Assembly: GCA_030728405.1 (NCBI GenBank)
Contig: JANQZS010000077.1
Location: forward strand, 12,767-76,766
Source: Candidatus Nanopelagicales bacterium
GTDB taxonomy: Bacteria > Actinomycetota > Actinomycetes > S36-B12
Direction of reading: 5' to 3'
DNA: 64,000 bases
Below, in pieces: positions 9,121 to 18,875 of this stretch (positions are counted from its first letter, which is position 1; each line of letters begins with the position of its first letter). The notes beneath the pieces are model-generated. The model had not been told where the DNA came from. It ran no database searches and was given only the letters and a program-made list of their open reading frames with translations. The translations under genes and the position numbers were made by a program.

Positions 9121-10293
9121 TCAGGCACCCAATGTGCGGGTGAACCCTGCAGGCATCACCACGTCCTCTGGTGACAGATCGTGAATTGAGGAGTGGCCGA
9201 GTCCGTACAGCGTGGCATCTATTCCGTTGCGAAGGATGTCCAAGACATTCTCCACACCGGCCTGCCCATTGGCGGCCAAAGCCCACAGGTAGGCGCGGCC
9301 GATCATCACAGATCGCGCACCCAGCGCCACGGCCTTGACGACGTCGCTGCCTCGCCTGATGCCACCATCCATGACCACCTCGACGTCATTGCCGACCGCA
9401 GCGACGATTGAGGGGAGCACTCTGATCGGTGCTGGAGTGGTGTCGATGTTGTTGCCCCCATGGTTGGAAACGGAGATTGCCGTGAACCCCGCTTGGACGG
9501 CCGCCTTAGCGTCGTCAACTCGACAGATTCCTTTGAGCATGAAGGGTCCGTCCCACTGCGAGCGCAGCCATGCGATGTCAGCCCAGGTGGCGGGCGGGGT
9601 CTGCATCCACTCGAAATAAGCACCGAAGAACGTGGGCGAGACGCCCGCCTCATCGACCAGGTTGGGCGTGGTGAGGTCGGGAATGCCTCCGTTCCTCGCA
9701 AACTCGAGCAGCCAGCGAGGTTTGGTGATCACCTGGGGCGCGAATTGCACCATCGTCTTCAGGTCGACCTTTTCCGGGATGACCGGGCTTCCCCAGTCGC
9801 GGCCGTAGGTGAAGGACCAATCGAGGGTGAGAATGAGCCCCTTGGCGCCATCGACGCGCGCCTTCTCGATGCGCTGCAGCATGGCATCTCGGGTGCCCAT
9901 CCAGTACATCTGAAAGAAGGTCTTCGGATTTTGGGCGATTACCGCTTCGAGGGTTTTGCTTCCGAAGGAGCCGAGACTCACGGCGGTACCCCGTGCCTCT
10001 GCTGCACGGGCTACTGCCAATTCTCCCTCGGGATGCACTGCCTGAACACCTGTCGGAGAGATGAATACGGGCATGGAGATGTCCTGCCCCATCACGTTCG
10101 TGGCGAGATCTCGCTGTGAATGCAGCCCAGCTACATGCGGTGCCAGTCCGAGTTCGGAGAAGGCCTGCGTGTTGTCCGCGTAGGAGACGCCCTTCTCAGA
10201 GCCGGCCAGCAATGCGCTGTACACGGACGAAGGGAGTCGCTTCTTGGCACGACGCTGTGCTTCGGCAACAGTCTCGAACCATGAGTTGGCCAT
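9121..10293 (-). CDS. mftD: Pre-mycofactocin synthase MftD (FMN-dependent alpha-hydroxy-acid dehydrogenase family)
   Basis: LldD/glycolate-oxidase-like TIM barrel (VSNHGGNNID, GGIRRGSDV). Positioned between mftC and mftE. Confidence 0.85.
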   Translation of the reverse strand: MANSWFETVAEAQRRAKKRLPSSVYSALLAGSEKGVSYADNTQAFSELGLAPHVAGLHSQRDLATNVMGQDISMPVFISPTGVQAVHPEGELAVARAAEARGTAVSLGSFGSKTLEAVIAQNPKTFFQMYWMGTRDAMLQRIEKARVDGAKGLILTLDWSFTYGRDWGSPVIPEKVDLKTMVQFAPQVITKPRWLLEFARNGGIPDLTTPNLVDEAGVSPTFFGAYFEWMQTPPATWADIAWLRSQWDGPFMLKGICRVDDAKAAVQAGFTAISVSNHGGNNIDTTPAPIRVLPSIVAAVGNDVEVVMDGGIRRGSDVVKAVALGARSVMIGRAYLWALAANGQAGVENVLDILRNGIDATLYGLGHSSIHDLSPEDVVMPAGFTRTLGA

Positions 10294-10311
10294 GATGAGC
10301 CTTTCGTGGGA

Positions 10312-11544
10312 TCAAGTGGCGTCGACGGTGAAGCCGGCGAGTGGGTTCTCCGCGCATGCACGGCTGGGTGGAGCTGACGGGGTGAATGAGCCGATCTGCA
10401 GCAGATTGTCACTGGAGCCTCGTGTTGCAGGGTTGCGTGAGTGGTCCTGACTGGCTACAGGAATCGTTCGACCAACTTGTAGTAGTGCGGCCTCGCTGTA
10501 ACCCTGGACGCATTCGGGATCGGGCCCGTCAAGGGGGAGTCCCGTAAAGAACTTCGCCGCCATGCATCCGCCCCGGCACGCGTCGAAGAACTCGCATCGG
10601 GTGCAGGCGCCGGATGTTTGAGGCGAGCGCAACTCCTGAAAGAGTTCGGATGTTTTCCATACGTCCGAGAACCCGCCGGGCGATAACACGTTTCCTGCGA
10701 GAAACTGATCGTGGATCGCAAATGGGCAGGCGTACACGTCACCGATGGGATCGATGAGACAGACGACTCGGCCAGCGCCACACAGATTGAGACCAGGAAG
10801 AGATTCCCCGTATCCCGCAAGGTGGAAGAAGGAGTCACCGGTCAGAACAGACTCGCCCGCTCGGAGCAACCAGTTGTAGAGCTCGCGTTGCTGTTCCGCG
10901 GTCGGGTGGAGCTCGGACCAGACGTCCGCTCCACGACCGGATGGCCGCAGTCGAGTCAAACGAAGTGTGGCTCCATGGCGATCGGCCAACTCCTTGAACA
11001 AGTCGAGTTGTCCGACATTTTCGCGGGTGACGACGACGGAGATCTTCGCGTCAGTGAACCCGGCGGCGGAGAGGTTGTCGAGGGCGCGAATTGCCGTGTC
11101 GTATGACCCCTCACCGCGCACGCGGTCGTTGACGTCGGCCGTGGCTCCGTCCAGAGAAATCTGTACATCCACGTAATCAGTGGACGCGAGAAATGCAGCG
11201 CGCTCAGGTGTGATGCGTACGCCATTGGTGGAGAATTTGACCCCGACCTGGTGATCCACTGCGTAGCGAAGCAGGTGCCAGAAGTCCGGGCGGATGGTCG
11301 GTTCGCCACCACCGATGTTGACATAGAACACCTGCATGGCCTGCAACTCATCGATGATCGCCTCACACTGCTCTGTAGAGAGCTCGCGCGGGTCTCTTCG
11401 ACCAGAGGAGGAAAGGCAGTGCACACACGCGAGATTGCATGCGTAGGTGAGTTCCCAAGTGAGACAGATGGGCGCATCGAGACCGTATTCGAACTGCTCG
11501 ATAAGTGATCCGCCCTGTGGTCGCGCATGCAGGGTCGCAGTCAT
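10312..11544 (-). CDS. mftC: Mycofactocin radical SAM maturase MftC (rSAM + SPASM)
   Basis: CNLACVHC radical-SAM cluster motif and a Cys-rich SPASM C-terminus (CTRCEFFDACRGGC). ATG 11544 overlaps the mftB stop (ATGA). The ORF-track start at 11622 would overlap mftB by 80 nt. Confidence 0.9.
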   Translation of the reverse strand: MTATLHARPQGGSLIEQFEYGLDAPICLTWELTYACNLACVHCLSSSGRRDPRELSTEQCEAIIDELQAMQVFYVNIGGGEPTIRPDFWHLLRYAVDHQVGVKFSTNGVRITPERAAFLASTDYVDVQISLDGATADVNDRVRGEGSYDTAIRALDNLSAAGFTDAKISVVVTRENVGQLDLFKELADRHGATLRLTRLRPSGRGADVWSELHPTAEQQRELYNWLLRAGESVLTGDSFFHLAGYGESLPGLNLCGAGRVVCLIDPIGDVYACPFAIHDQFLAGNVLSPGGFSDVWKTSELFQELRSPQTSGACTRCEFFDACRGGCMAAKFFTGLPLDGPDPECVQGYSEAALLQVGRTIPVASQDHSRNPATRGSSDNLLQIGSFTPSAPPSRACAENPLAGFTVDAT

Positions 11545-11825
11545 GAGACGTCGCCCTGAGCGCAGCGAACAATCATGCCGGTCGATGCCAGTGATTCGAG
11601 TGCCTTGATGTAGGCGGGCCATTGCTCACTGGGCACGCAGGCTGTCTCCAGCGCGTCACGAACAATGGTCTTGGTATTGAGGTTTTCGACGACGGTCACC
11701 AACTCCTTGCGTTTGAGAAATGTCAGCCTTCGAGTACCGAAGTGGTAGGCCAAGGCTCCGAAGGGCTCTGGACGCAGGGCCACATCTGGGGCGAGTACCC
11801 ACGACTCGGCGAGCATGGTCGTCAT
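11541..11825 (-). CDS. mftB: Mycofactocin biosynthesis peptide chaperone MftB (RRE protein)
   Basis: 94 aa with a PEPFGALAYHFGTRRLTFLK motif. It lies immediately downstream of the precursor and is translationally coupled to mftC. Confidence 0.85.
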   Translation of the reverse strand: MTTMLAESWVLAPDVALRPEPFGALAYHFGTRRLTFLKRKELVTVVENLNTKTIVRDALETACVPSEQWPAYIKALESLASTGMIVRCAQGDVS

Positions 11826-11850
11826 GAATTCGAGGTGCCTCTCGGGAGGT

Positions 11851-11961
11851 CTAGTAGACGCCGCACATGCCGTCGATCGACACGTCTTCGATCAAGGTCT
11901 CCACGGTGACTTCGGTGGGCTCTGTCGCAGTGGGTTCTGCGGTGGTGGGCTCTGCGTTCAT
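11851..11961 (-). CDS. mftA: Mycofactocin precursor peptide MftA (36 aa)
   Basis: Hand translation of the minus strand gives MNAEPTTAEPTATEPTEVTVETLIEDVSIDGMCGVY*. The C-terminal IDGMCGVY is the invariant MftA core. The gene is 25 nt upstream of mftB and below the ORF-track length cutoff. Confidence 0.9.
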   Translation of the reverse strand: MNAEPTTAEPTATEPTEVTVETLIEDVSIDGMCGVY

Positions 11962-12082
11962 GGTTGTCCTTTATCGGGCGAATGGGGTCTTGTAGGCGAC
12001 CCAAAGGTGTTGCAGCAGACTAATGGCACTCAGCGCCAAAGGTCAAGGGTTATGGCGAGGAATTGAGAGTCTGCGCTGGTAG

Positions 12083-12095
12083 GTTCTCGAAGAAC
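12083..12095. promoter_or_regulatory. Perfect 13-bp palindrome GTTCTcgaAGAAC, candidate TetR (MftR) operator
   Basis: Arms of 5 bp with a 3-nt spacer, 5 nt upstream of the mftR GTG, in the mftA/mftR divergent region. Confidence 0.3.
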
Positions 12096-12100
12096 GAAAG

Positions 12101-12694
12101 GTGCGAGGCAGGGCAATGATCGGAAGACCCCCCGTCACCACTCATGCCGATATCGAGGCAGCTGCGTTCACGCTTTTCGCGCACAAGGGGTTCGCGGAGA
12201 CCACACTCGAAGACATCGCTCAGGCGGTGGGAGTCGGAAGGCGCACAATCTTCCGTTATTACCCCTCGAAGAACGACATCCCATGGGGGCGATTCGACGA
12301 GAGTCTGGCCGGATTTCGCGAGACCCTGCAGCGCATGCCCGCCGAGTTGCCCGTGTTCGATGCGGTGCATCAGGGCGTCATCGAGTTCAATCGATTCGAC
12401 GATGCAGTGCTGAGCCAGCATCGTGAGCGCATGTCCTTGATCCTGCGAACACCGGAGTTGCAAGCTCACTCCGCGTTGCGTTACGAGCAGTGGCGCAAAG
12501 TCATCGCCGATTATGTTGCGATGCGCACCGGACACTATGCAGCCAGCAGCCTTCCCGTCACCGCTGGCCATGTCGGTCTCGCACTTGCCCTGAGCGCCTA
12601 TGAATCCTGGCTGAGCGATGAGAACGGTTCCTTGACGGAGAGTTTGTCCCGATCATTTAGCGAACTTGGCACCTTGATGGGCCGTCATGGGTGA
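12101..12694 (+). CDS. mftR: TetR-family regulator MftR
   Basis: TetR N-terminal HTH (FAETTLEDIAQAVGVGRRTIFRYYPSKNDI). Divergent from mftA. ATG 12116 is an alternative start. Confidence 0.85.
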   Translation: MRGRAMIGRPPVTTHADIEAAAFTLFAHKGFAETTLEDIAQAVGVGRRTIFRYYPSKNDIPWGRFDESLAGFRETLQRMPAELPVFDAVHQGVIEFNRFDDAVLSQHRERMSLILRTPELQAHSALRYEQWRKVIADYVAMRTGHYAASSLPVTAGHVGLALALSAYESWLSDENGSLTESLSRSFSELGTLMGRHG

Positions 12695-14147
12695 TCGCCG
12701 CGCTCCCTCGATGACGTTGCCCAACCAGGACCGACAACTTCCCATCGGTGCCGTCATCTACCTCGACCCTCGGGTGAGACTCTGGGCAGATGGAGCCGTT
12801 CTCATCGGCGGATCACCGTGGCGCATCAGTCGCCTTTCACCGGAGACCAGGGCCATCGTTCGTGATCTGCGCGTGCGAGGCGAACGTGGCCGTCGTGCTG
12901 AAAACTCACGCGAACTTGCGGTGTATCGGGAACTGATCGACAGAGGATTTGCTCACTTCATGTCGTCACGTCGTAGTGCACCTCTTCACTGTGACACGGT
13001 GATACCGGCAATGGATCGTCCTGAGCTGCTCGAACGGTGCCTGGAATCCCTGAGCGGGCAGGATGTCACGGTCGTCGATGACGGATCCATGAACTTTGCA
13101 GAGATAGCCGATGTGGTGAAACGCTGGCGTGCCCGACTCATCGAGCATCCCGTCAATCGAGGCCCGTCGGGTGCGCGCAACACCGGGATCGATCACACCG
13201 ATGGAGATCTCATTGCCTTCATAGATTCCGATTGCACGGCACCACGGGGATGGCCGGACTCAATGCTCCATCACTTCGATGATCCCGCCGTGGCAGCCGT
13301 GGCCCCTCGCGTTGTGGGACACGAGGTCACTCGAGGGGTGATCGAGCGATACGAGAGCACCCGGTCCTCATTGGATATGGGCATCAATGCAGAACTCGTG
13401 CGGCCCGGCTCTCGACTGGGCTTCGTTCCTACAGCCGCACTGATCGTGCGACGCGCTGCGCTTGGCGCGGCTCGTTTCGACGAGAACCTGCGGGTGGGTG
13501 AGGACGTTGATCTCGTCTGGCGTCTTGTTGAGGCCGGATGGCACGTTGTGTACGACCCATCGGTGGTTGTTCGTCACGAAATACGCACCGATCCTCGAGA
13601 ATGGAGCGTCCGCAGATTCCAGTACGGGACGTCTGCTCCGCAGCTGGACGAACTCCATCCGGGCTTTCTCACTCCGGCCAAAGTCTCAGCGTGGAATGTC
13701 GCCGCGCTCGCCTTTCTCGCTGTGCGCAAGCCGCTCCTTGCCGCAGCCGTAACAGGGGCCGCAACCGCAGCACTGACGAGGCAGACCGGTTCGATGCCCC
13801 GCGGCGTGCTGCTCGCCGGACGGGTGGTGGGGCAGGGACTCCTCGCGGACTCAGCCGCGATCGGTCACCTGTTGCGCCGTGAGTGGTGGCCGGTTGGAGC
13901 GGCAGCGCTGGCACTATCACCCCGACACCCGGCAGCACGCGTTGCAGCGGCCACCATGCTTGCTCCGATCGCGCTGGAGTGGGTCACTCGAGATCGCTCG
14001 CTCGACCCCGTGAGGTACTCGGTACTTCGATTGATTGACGACGCAAGCTATGGAACGGGTGTCATCGTCAGCTCGCTACGAGCGCGCCGTGCTGCTCCGC
14101 TGATTCCTCGTATCCGCGTGCCGCGGTGGCCGTCACAAGGACACTGA
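12687..14147 (+). CDS. mftF: Mycofactocin glycosyltransferase MftF (GT2 with membrane-spanning C-terminus)
   Basis: GT2 motifs (VIPAMDRPELLERCLESL, VVDDGS, IDSDC) and a hydrophobic C-terminal third. It overlaps mftR by 8 nt. Confidence 0.8.
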   Translation: MGDRRAPSMTLPNQDRQLPIGAVIYLDPRVRLWADGAVLIGGSPWRISRLSPETRAIVRDLRVRGERGRRAENSRELAVYRELIDRGFAHFMSSRRSAPLHCDTVIPAMDRPELLERCLESLSGQDVTVVDDGSMNFAEIADVVKRWRARLIEHPVNRGPSGARNTGIDHTDGDLIAFIDSDCTAPRGWPDSMLHHFDDPAVAAVAPRVVGHEVTRGVIERYESTRSSLDMGINAELVRPGSRLGFVPTAALIVRRAALGAARFDENLRVGEDVDLVWRLVEAGWHVVYDPSVVVRHEIRTDPREWSVRRFQYGTSAPQLDELHPGFLTPAKVSAWNVAALAFLAVRKPLLAAAVTGAATAALTRQTGSMPRGVLLAGRVVGQGLLADSAAIGHLLRREWWPVGAAALALSPRHPAARVAAATMLAPIALEWVTRDRSLDPVRYSVLRLIDDASYGTGVIVSSLRARRAAPLIPRIRVPRWPSQGH

Positions 14148-14233
14148 GAGCTCTCACTCCAACTTCAAGGGCCGAATGTCTTGCATGCCCACCTGCGGGG
14201 CACAGATGCAGACCTCCGCTCCACATTCCACCT

Positions 14234-16411
14234 TCACCGCTGGGCCACATTGATGCGCACGGCCACTGACTTAAACGCAGGGGTAAAAGATTTCGGATCG
14301 ATCCGCCTCGGCACGATTGCATTCGCTTCCGGGTAATACATCGCTGCGCTGCCCTGAGAAATCTCGACGATGGCAATGCGTACGTTCATGGAACCAATCT
14401 CACTCGAGACAGAGACTTGGTCGCCTTCACTCACTCCAAGCCGTGCGGCATCTGCTGCATTGATCATCACTACATCGCGTCGGGTATTTCCGCGATAGAG
14501 ATCTTCTTCGTCGTAGACCACCGAATTGAACTGGCCTTCAGAGCGGAGGGTCATCAACGCAAATTCGCCGGCACCAGCAATGGGCTGGGGGAGTGGAATT
14601 ACGTGGGCAAGGGCGCGACCCGAGTCGGTAGCGAAACTGGGTTCATGGAATGTGCGATTGGGGATCTGGAACTCCTGTTTTGTGCCGGCTGCGAGTTCGG
14701 CATACCCAGGAACCGTTGCCGCAATCGCCGATCTAAGCTCGTCATGGGAGGAGATCTCACTCCAGTCAAAGCGGCCTTCGGGCAAGATCGCTTCAGCTAA
14801 AGCCGCAATCACGTCGACTTCGGAGCGCATATCTCCGACAACATTGGGTTCGCCGCCATCGGAGTAGCGCACGTAGTTGAACATGGACTCTTGTGTAGTG
14901 GCTTGGCTCTCTTCATCGCGGGCCAGCACCGGCAAGATCACCATGGTCTTACCCCGCCCGAGCACATGCCCCGGATTCAACTTGGTGGTCAGTGCAACAG
15001 TCGTGTTGATGCGCTGGAGAGCGTCAGTGGCCCACGCTGAATCCGGGTTGCTCGCCCAGAGATTTCCTCCGAGCATTACCGCCGCAGAAACGCGCCCCTC
15101 ATGCGCGGCCACCATGCATGAATAGGTGTCAAGACCCGCGGGCATTGTCGGATCGACGCCGTAGCGACTGTGCAGTTCCTGAGCGAATGCCTGCTTCATC
15201 TGCGGGGCAACTCCGACCGACCCCACGCCTTGCACATTGGAATGCCCACGAATAGGCATGAGCCCACTGCCAGCTTTACCTAGGAATCCTCGGGCGAGTG
15301 CCAGGTTTGACAGGGCAAGAACGTTGTCTGTGCCATGTGCATGATGGGTAAGCCCCATGGCCCACATAAATATCGCGGACTGTGATTGGTTGAGATATTC
15401 AACGCATGTATCTATATCGGTGCGACTCACACCGCTTTGTTCAATGAGATCGCGCCATGGGATCTGGCTTACGTACTCTGTGAGCGCATCCCAATCCTCA
15501 ACATGGTGTTCCACAAAGCTCTGGTCAACTCCACCGGTTTCAATGACGCCCTTTAAGAGGGCGCTGAGCAGTGCGATATCTCCGCCGACTTTGGGCTGTA
15601 AATACAGGTCGGAGATATCCGAACCAAACATCAAACTGCGCGCATCCGAGGGCAGTCTGAATCTCTTCAAGCCGAGTTCGACGAGTGGATTAATGACGAC
15701 GACCCGACCGCCTCGCCTGCGTAGATGAATAAGTTGCGTCATCAAGCGCGGGTGATTGCTTGCTGGGTTTGCTCCAGCGAGGACAACGAGATCAGTCTCG
15801 GCGAGATCTTCGAGCACCACGGATGCTGTTCCACTGCCATAGACAGCGTTGAGCGCTACGCCTGATGCTTGATGGCAGTAGAACGAGCAGTTGTTGACGT
15901 TGTTGGTGCCAAAAGCCCGAGCGATCAACTGCAAAAGGAAAGCTGCCTCATTGCTGGATCGCCCACTGCTGTACCAAAAAGTTTCCGATGGAGCACTTGT
16001 CCGTAAACCGTCGGCTGCGAGAGCAATTGCCTCATCCCAGGTCGCACGTCGAAAATGGGTATCCCCAGAAGTAGCAATGATCGGAAATGTGAGCCGACCT
16101 AAAGCCTCAAACTGAGCGCTTGTGAATGATTCCAACTCAGCGAGTGAGGTTGAGCGAAGTGTCTCCTCATCGATCACCCGACCCATGTCCGCAGCCTGGG
16201 CCTGTACAGACTTCTTGCAGACCTCGGGAAAATGACCAACCTCGTTGACCATCCCGCCTTCCTGGCCACCCATCCCCAGAGCGCAGGTCTTACAGGCATT
16301 TGCCGATCGCATCTTGCGATACAGGGCAAGTGAGCCCACATCACGGCCCTTGGCCAGCACGTACTTCATGGCGGCAAAGCCACCTGCTGCTGATACGCGG
16401 GGTGCGGCCAT
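14234..16411 (-). CDS. FdhF/YdeP-family molybdopterin oxidoreductase
   Basis: 725 aa. N-terminal Cys cluster (CKTCALGMGGQ...FPEVCKKS) and MopB-type architecture typical of YdeP. Confidence 0.8.
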   Translation of the reverse strand: MAAPRVSAAGGFAAMKYVLAKGRDVGSLALYRKMRSANACKTCALGMGGQEGGMVNEVGHFPEVCKKSVQAQAADMGRVIDEETLRSTSLAELESFTSAQFEALGRLTFPIIATSGDTHFRRATWDEAIALAADGLRTSAPSETFWYSSGRSSNEAAFLLQLIARAFGTNNVNNCSFYCHQASGVALNAVYGSGTASVVLEDLAETDLVVLAGANPASNHPRLMTQLIHLRRRGGRVVVINPLVELGLKRFRLPSDARSLMFGSDISDLYLQPKVGGDIALLSALLKGVIETGGVDQSFVEHHVEDWDALTEYVSQIPWRDLIEQSGVSRTDIDTCVEYLNQSQSAIFMWAMGLTHHAHGTDNVLALSNLALARGFLGKAGSGLMPIRGHSNVQGVGSVGVAPQMKQAFAQELHSRYGVDPTMPAGLDTYSCMVAAHEGRVSAAVMLGGNLWASNPDSAWATDALQRINTTVALTTKLNPGHVLGRGKTMVILPVLARDEESQATTQESMFNYVRYSDGGEPNVVGDMRSEVDVIAALAEAILPEGRFDWSEISSHDELRSAIAATVPGYAELAAGTKQEFQIPNRTFHEPSFATDSGRALAHVIPLPQPIAGAGEFALMTLRSEGQFNSVVYDEEDLYRGNTRRDVVMINAADAARLGVSEGDQVSVSSEIGSMNVRIAIVEISQGSAAMYYPEANAIVPRRIDPKSFTPAFKSVAVRINVAQR

Positions 16412-16588
16412 TGCTCAACTTTAGTCGGCAAGGTCATTCCTGGTCGAGAACTGCAACCGATCACTCGGATTGAGTGCACCGATCAATAATGACTGTTACG
16501 ACATCGTGATATCTGGATCGAAGGAGCACCATCTGGTGGGCAGCAGCTTTTATAGAGCGCAGAGTTTCGGCTCGTGAAATAGTGGCGT

Positions 16589-17035
16589 ATGGAATTTCGT
16601 GGGTTGATCGCAATCGCTGCAGGTGTGGGCTTAGTGCTTTCCATAATAGCGCCAGTTGTCGCCACGCCTGCGTTCGCGGCAGCAGACTTGTCCGGCACAT
16701 GGAGCTCGGATTCGCTGCGAGATAACGACATCGGGTACTTCTTTGAGCTCACTGCTGTCCCTAATACGTCAGCAGGTTATATCGGAACGTTTCAGTTTTC
16801 CTATCGTGATGGCCGCAAGGGTTCCAAGGTTCCGGTGCGAGTGAGCGCGGTTGGCAACAAGGTCACCTTCACCGCCCGCAGTGGATCCTTTGATAAATCC
16901 GGCACGGTATTGCGTGGGGTCCTCACCACAAAAGGACCAACCATCAGAATGACTAACTGCCAGGCACGACTGAACCTTGCGATGGCTCGCGATCTTGCTT
17001 CAGATTGCACATTCCGGCCCGCGAAAGCCTCCTAA
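16589..17035 (+). CDS. Secreted hypothetical protein
   Basis: N-terminal signal peptide (IAIAAGVGLVLSIIAPVVATPAFAAA). No recognisable domain. Confidence 0.5.
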   Translation: MEFRGLIAIAAGVGLVLSIIAPVVATPAFAAADLSGTWSSDSLRDNDIGYFFELTAVPNTSAGYIGTFQFSYRDGRKGSKVPVRVSAVGNKVTFTARSGSFDKSGTVLRGVLTTKGPTIRMTNCQARLNLAMARDLASDCTFRPAKAS

Positions 17036-17072
17036 ACCCCCTGAGCGCTGAACCAGATCGAATACGATCTGC

Positions 17073-18875
17073 GTGGAGGTAATGGTGCACGCACTATCGC
17101 GCAGACAATTCATCGCAGGGGTATCAGCCCTTGCTGCCAGTTGGGGACTGTCCCGAGAGGCGCTGGGTAAGGTGCTGTCTGCTCCCTTGAGATCTGGCCA
17201 GGGGCCCTCCACTGTGCTGCAGACGATCAAGATGTCTGCCCAGACTTATCGCGGTTCGTATCGCACACTCATCGCTGGGGCAGGCGAGGAATTTATCCCC
17301 CGATATGACCTGTTGGGCCGGGTGGCTGATGGGGCTCGAACGGGTTCGCGTCGTTCGCTTTTCTATCTGGCACATTTATCGGACATTCATGTCATTGATG
17401 CGCAGGCACCCGCCCGAATGGATGCCGCTCAAAGTCTGGCGCCCACCCTCTTTACCGATGCGTGCCGTCCGCAGGACACCTTGACCGTGCATGTGTTGGC
17501 CTCAATGGTCGACAGCGTGGTGGCATCCCACACAAGCTCAGTCACAGGAGCCCCGCTTGGTGCAGCGCTGAGTACCGGCGACAGCGCGGACAACCTGTCA
17601 ACTTTGGAGACTCGCTGGTACATCGACGCCCTTGATGGCGGTGAAGTGCTGGCGAACAGTGGTGCTGCGGGGGTGTATGAAGGTCCGCAGGTGTGGTCTG
17701 AGGCGTCGTACGCCTACCACCCGGAAAACCCAGCTGATGATGTGTATGGCGCATACGGCTTCCCGGCGGTCCCGGGGATGCTGGAGGCAGCAGTGAGTCG
17801 GCCTGTGGTGTCACAGGGTCTGCCTGTGCCGTGGTATTCGGTGTATGGAAATCACGATGCGACCTACATGGGAACCTTCAGAGCAGATCCTGCGCTATTT
17901 GCCTATGCCGTGGGAGATCGCAAGGCCGCGCTGGGGGAGGCGCTCGCGCCGAACTGGCTGCAGGGTTTTGCCAGTGACTTGAGTGCACCGCAAATGGCCA
18001 TCAATGCCCTGCGTCAACAATTCGGCCTGCTGCCAGGGATGAAAGCCGTGACACCTGATCCGATGCGCAAACTGCTCGAGCGCACCGAATTCATGGAGGC
18101 GCATTTAGATTCCCCTGCGGTGCCCGGCCCGGTTGGTCACGGTTGGACTCAGGAAAATGTCACTAGCGGTCAAACCTGGTGGTCGGCCGATCTTGCTCCA
18201 TACCTTCGGGTTTTTGGTCTCGATACTTGCAATCTTGCGGCTGGGGCCGATGGCGCCGTTCCAGACGATCAGTTCATCTGGTTACAAGAGCAATTGGTTC
18301 AATGCCAAGCGGAGGGCCGGCTCGCAATTGTGTGCAGTCACCACAATTCGTTGACTTTGGAGAACGACGCAACACCAGTGTTTGGCGGGCAGCGCTTGGT
18401 GCACGCTGAGGAATTCCTTGCGATGCTCCTTGAGTACTCGGCCTGCGTGGCGTGGCTCAACGGGCATACCCACATCAATACGGTCACTGCGCATCCTCGA
18501 CCAAATGGTTCCGGTGGTCTATGGGAAATCACCACGGCATCCTGTGTCGATTTCCCGCAGCAACAGCAACTTGTGGAATTAGTGGACAACCGCGACGGCA
18601 CGATGTCGATTTTTGTCACTGCTCTCGATCATGCAGCTCCACCCACCTGGAGTCCTGGTGACCTGAGCCAAACTGGGCTGGCCTCGTTAAGCCGCGAACT
18701 TGGGGCGAACGCATGGCTGTCCAAGCCGTCGCTCCGGGCTGGCTCACCACTGGATCGGAATGTGGAGTTACTCATACCTGAACCCTTCGACCTCTCTGCA
18801 ATCACCGATTCCATGGTGGAGAAAGAGCAGATGAAGGCGCGTACCCAGCTGCTCGCTCATGGGGGTGTGGCATGA
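17073..18875 (+). CDS. Tat-signal metallophosphoesterase (actinobacterial PPA1498-like family)
   Basis: Twin-arginine motif (SRRQFIAG) and calcineurin-like motifs (SDIHVID, GDSADN, GNHD, GHTH). Confidence 0.7.
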   Translation: MEVMVHALSRRQFIAGVSALAASWGLSREALGKVLSAPLRSGQGPSTVLQTIKMSAQTYRGSYRTLIAGAGEEFIPRYDLLGRVADGARTGSRRSLFYLAHLSDIHVIDAQAPARMDAAQSLAPTLFTDACRPQDTLTVHVLASMVDSVVASHTSSVTGAPLGAALSTGDSADNLSTLETRWYIDALDGGEVLANSGAAGVYEGPQVWSEASYAYHPENPADDVYGAYGFPAVPGMLEAAVSRPVVSQGLPVPWYSVYGNHDATYMGTFRADPALFAYAVGDRKAALGEALAPNWLQGFASDLSAPQMAINALRQQFGLLPGMKAVTPDPMRKLLERTEFMEAHLDSPAVPGPVGHGWTQENVTSGQTWWSADLAPYLRVFGLDTCNLAAGADGAVPDDQFIWLQEQLVQCQAEGRLAIVCSHHNSLTLENDATPVFGGQRLVHAEEFLAMLLEYSACVAWLNGHTHINTVTAHPRPNGSGGLWEITTASCVDFPQQQQLVELVDNRDGTMSIFVTALDHAAPPTWSPGDLSQTGLASLSRELGANAWLSKPSLRAGSPLDRNVELLIPEPFDLSAITDSMVEKEQMKARTQLLAHGGVA

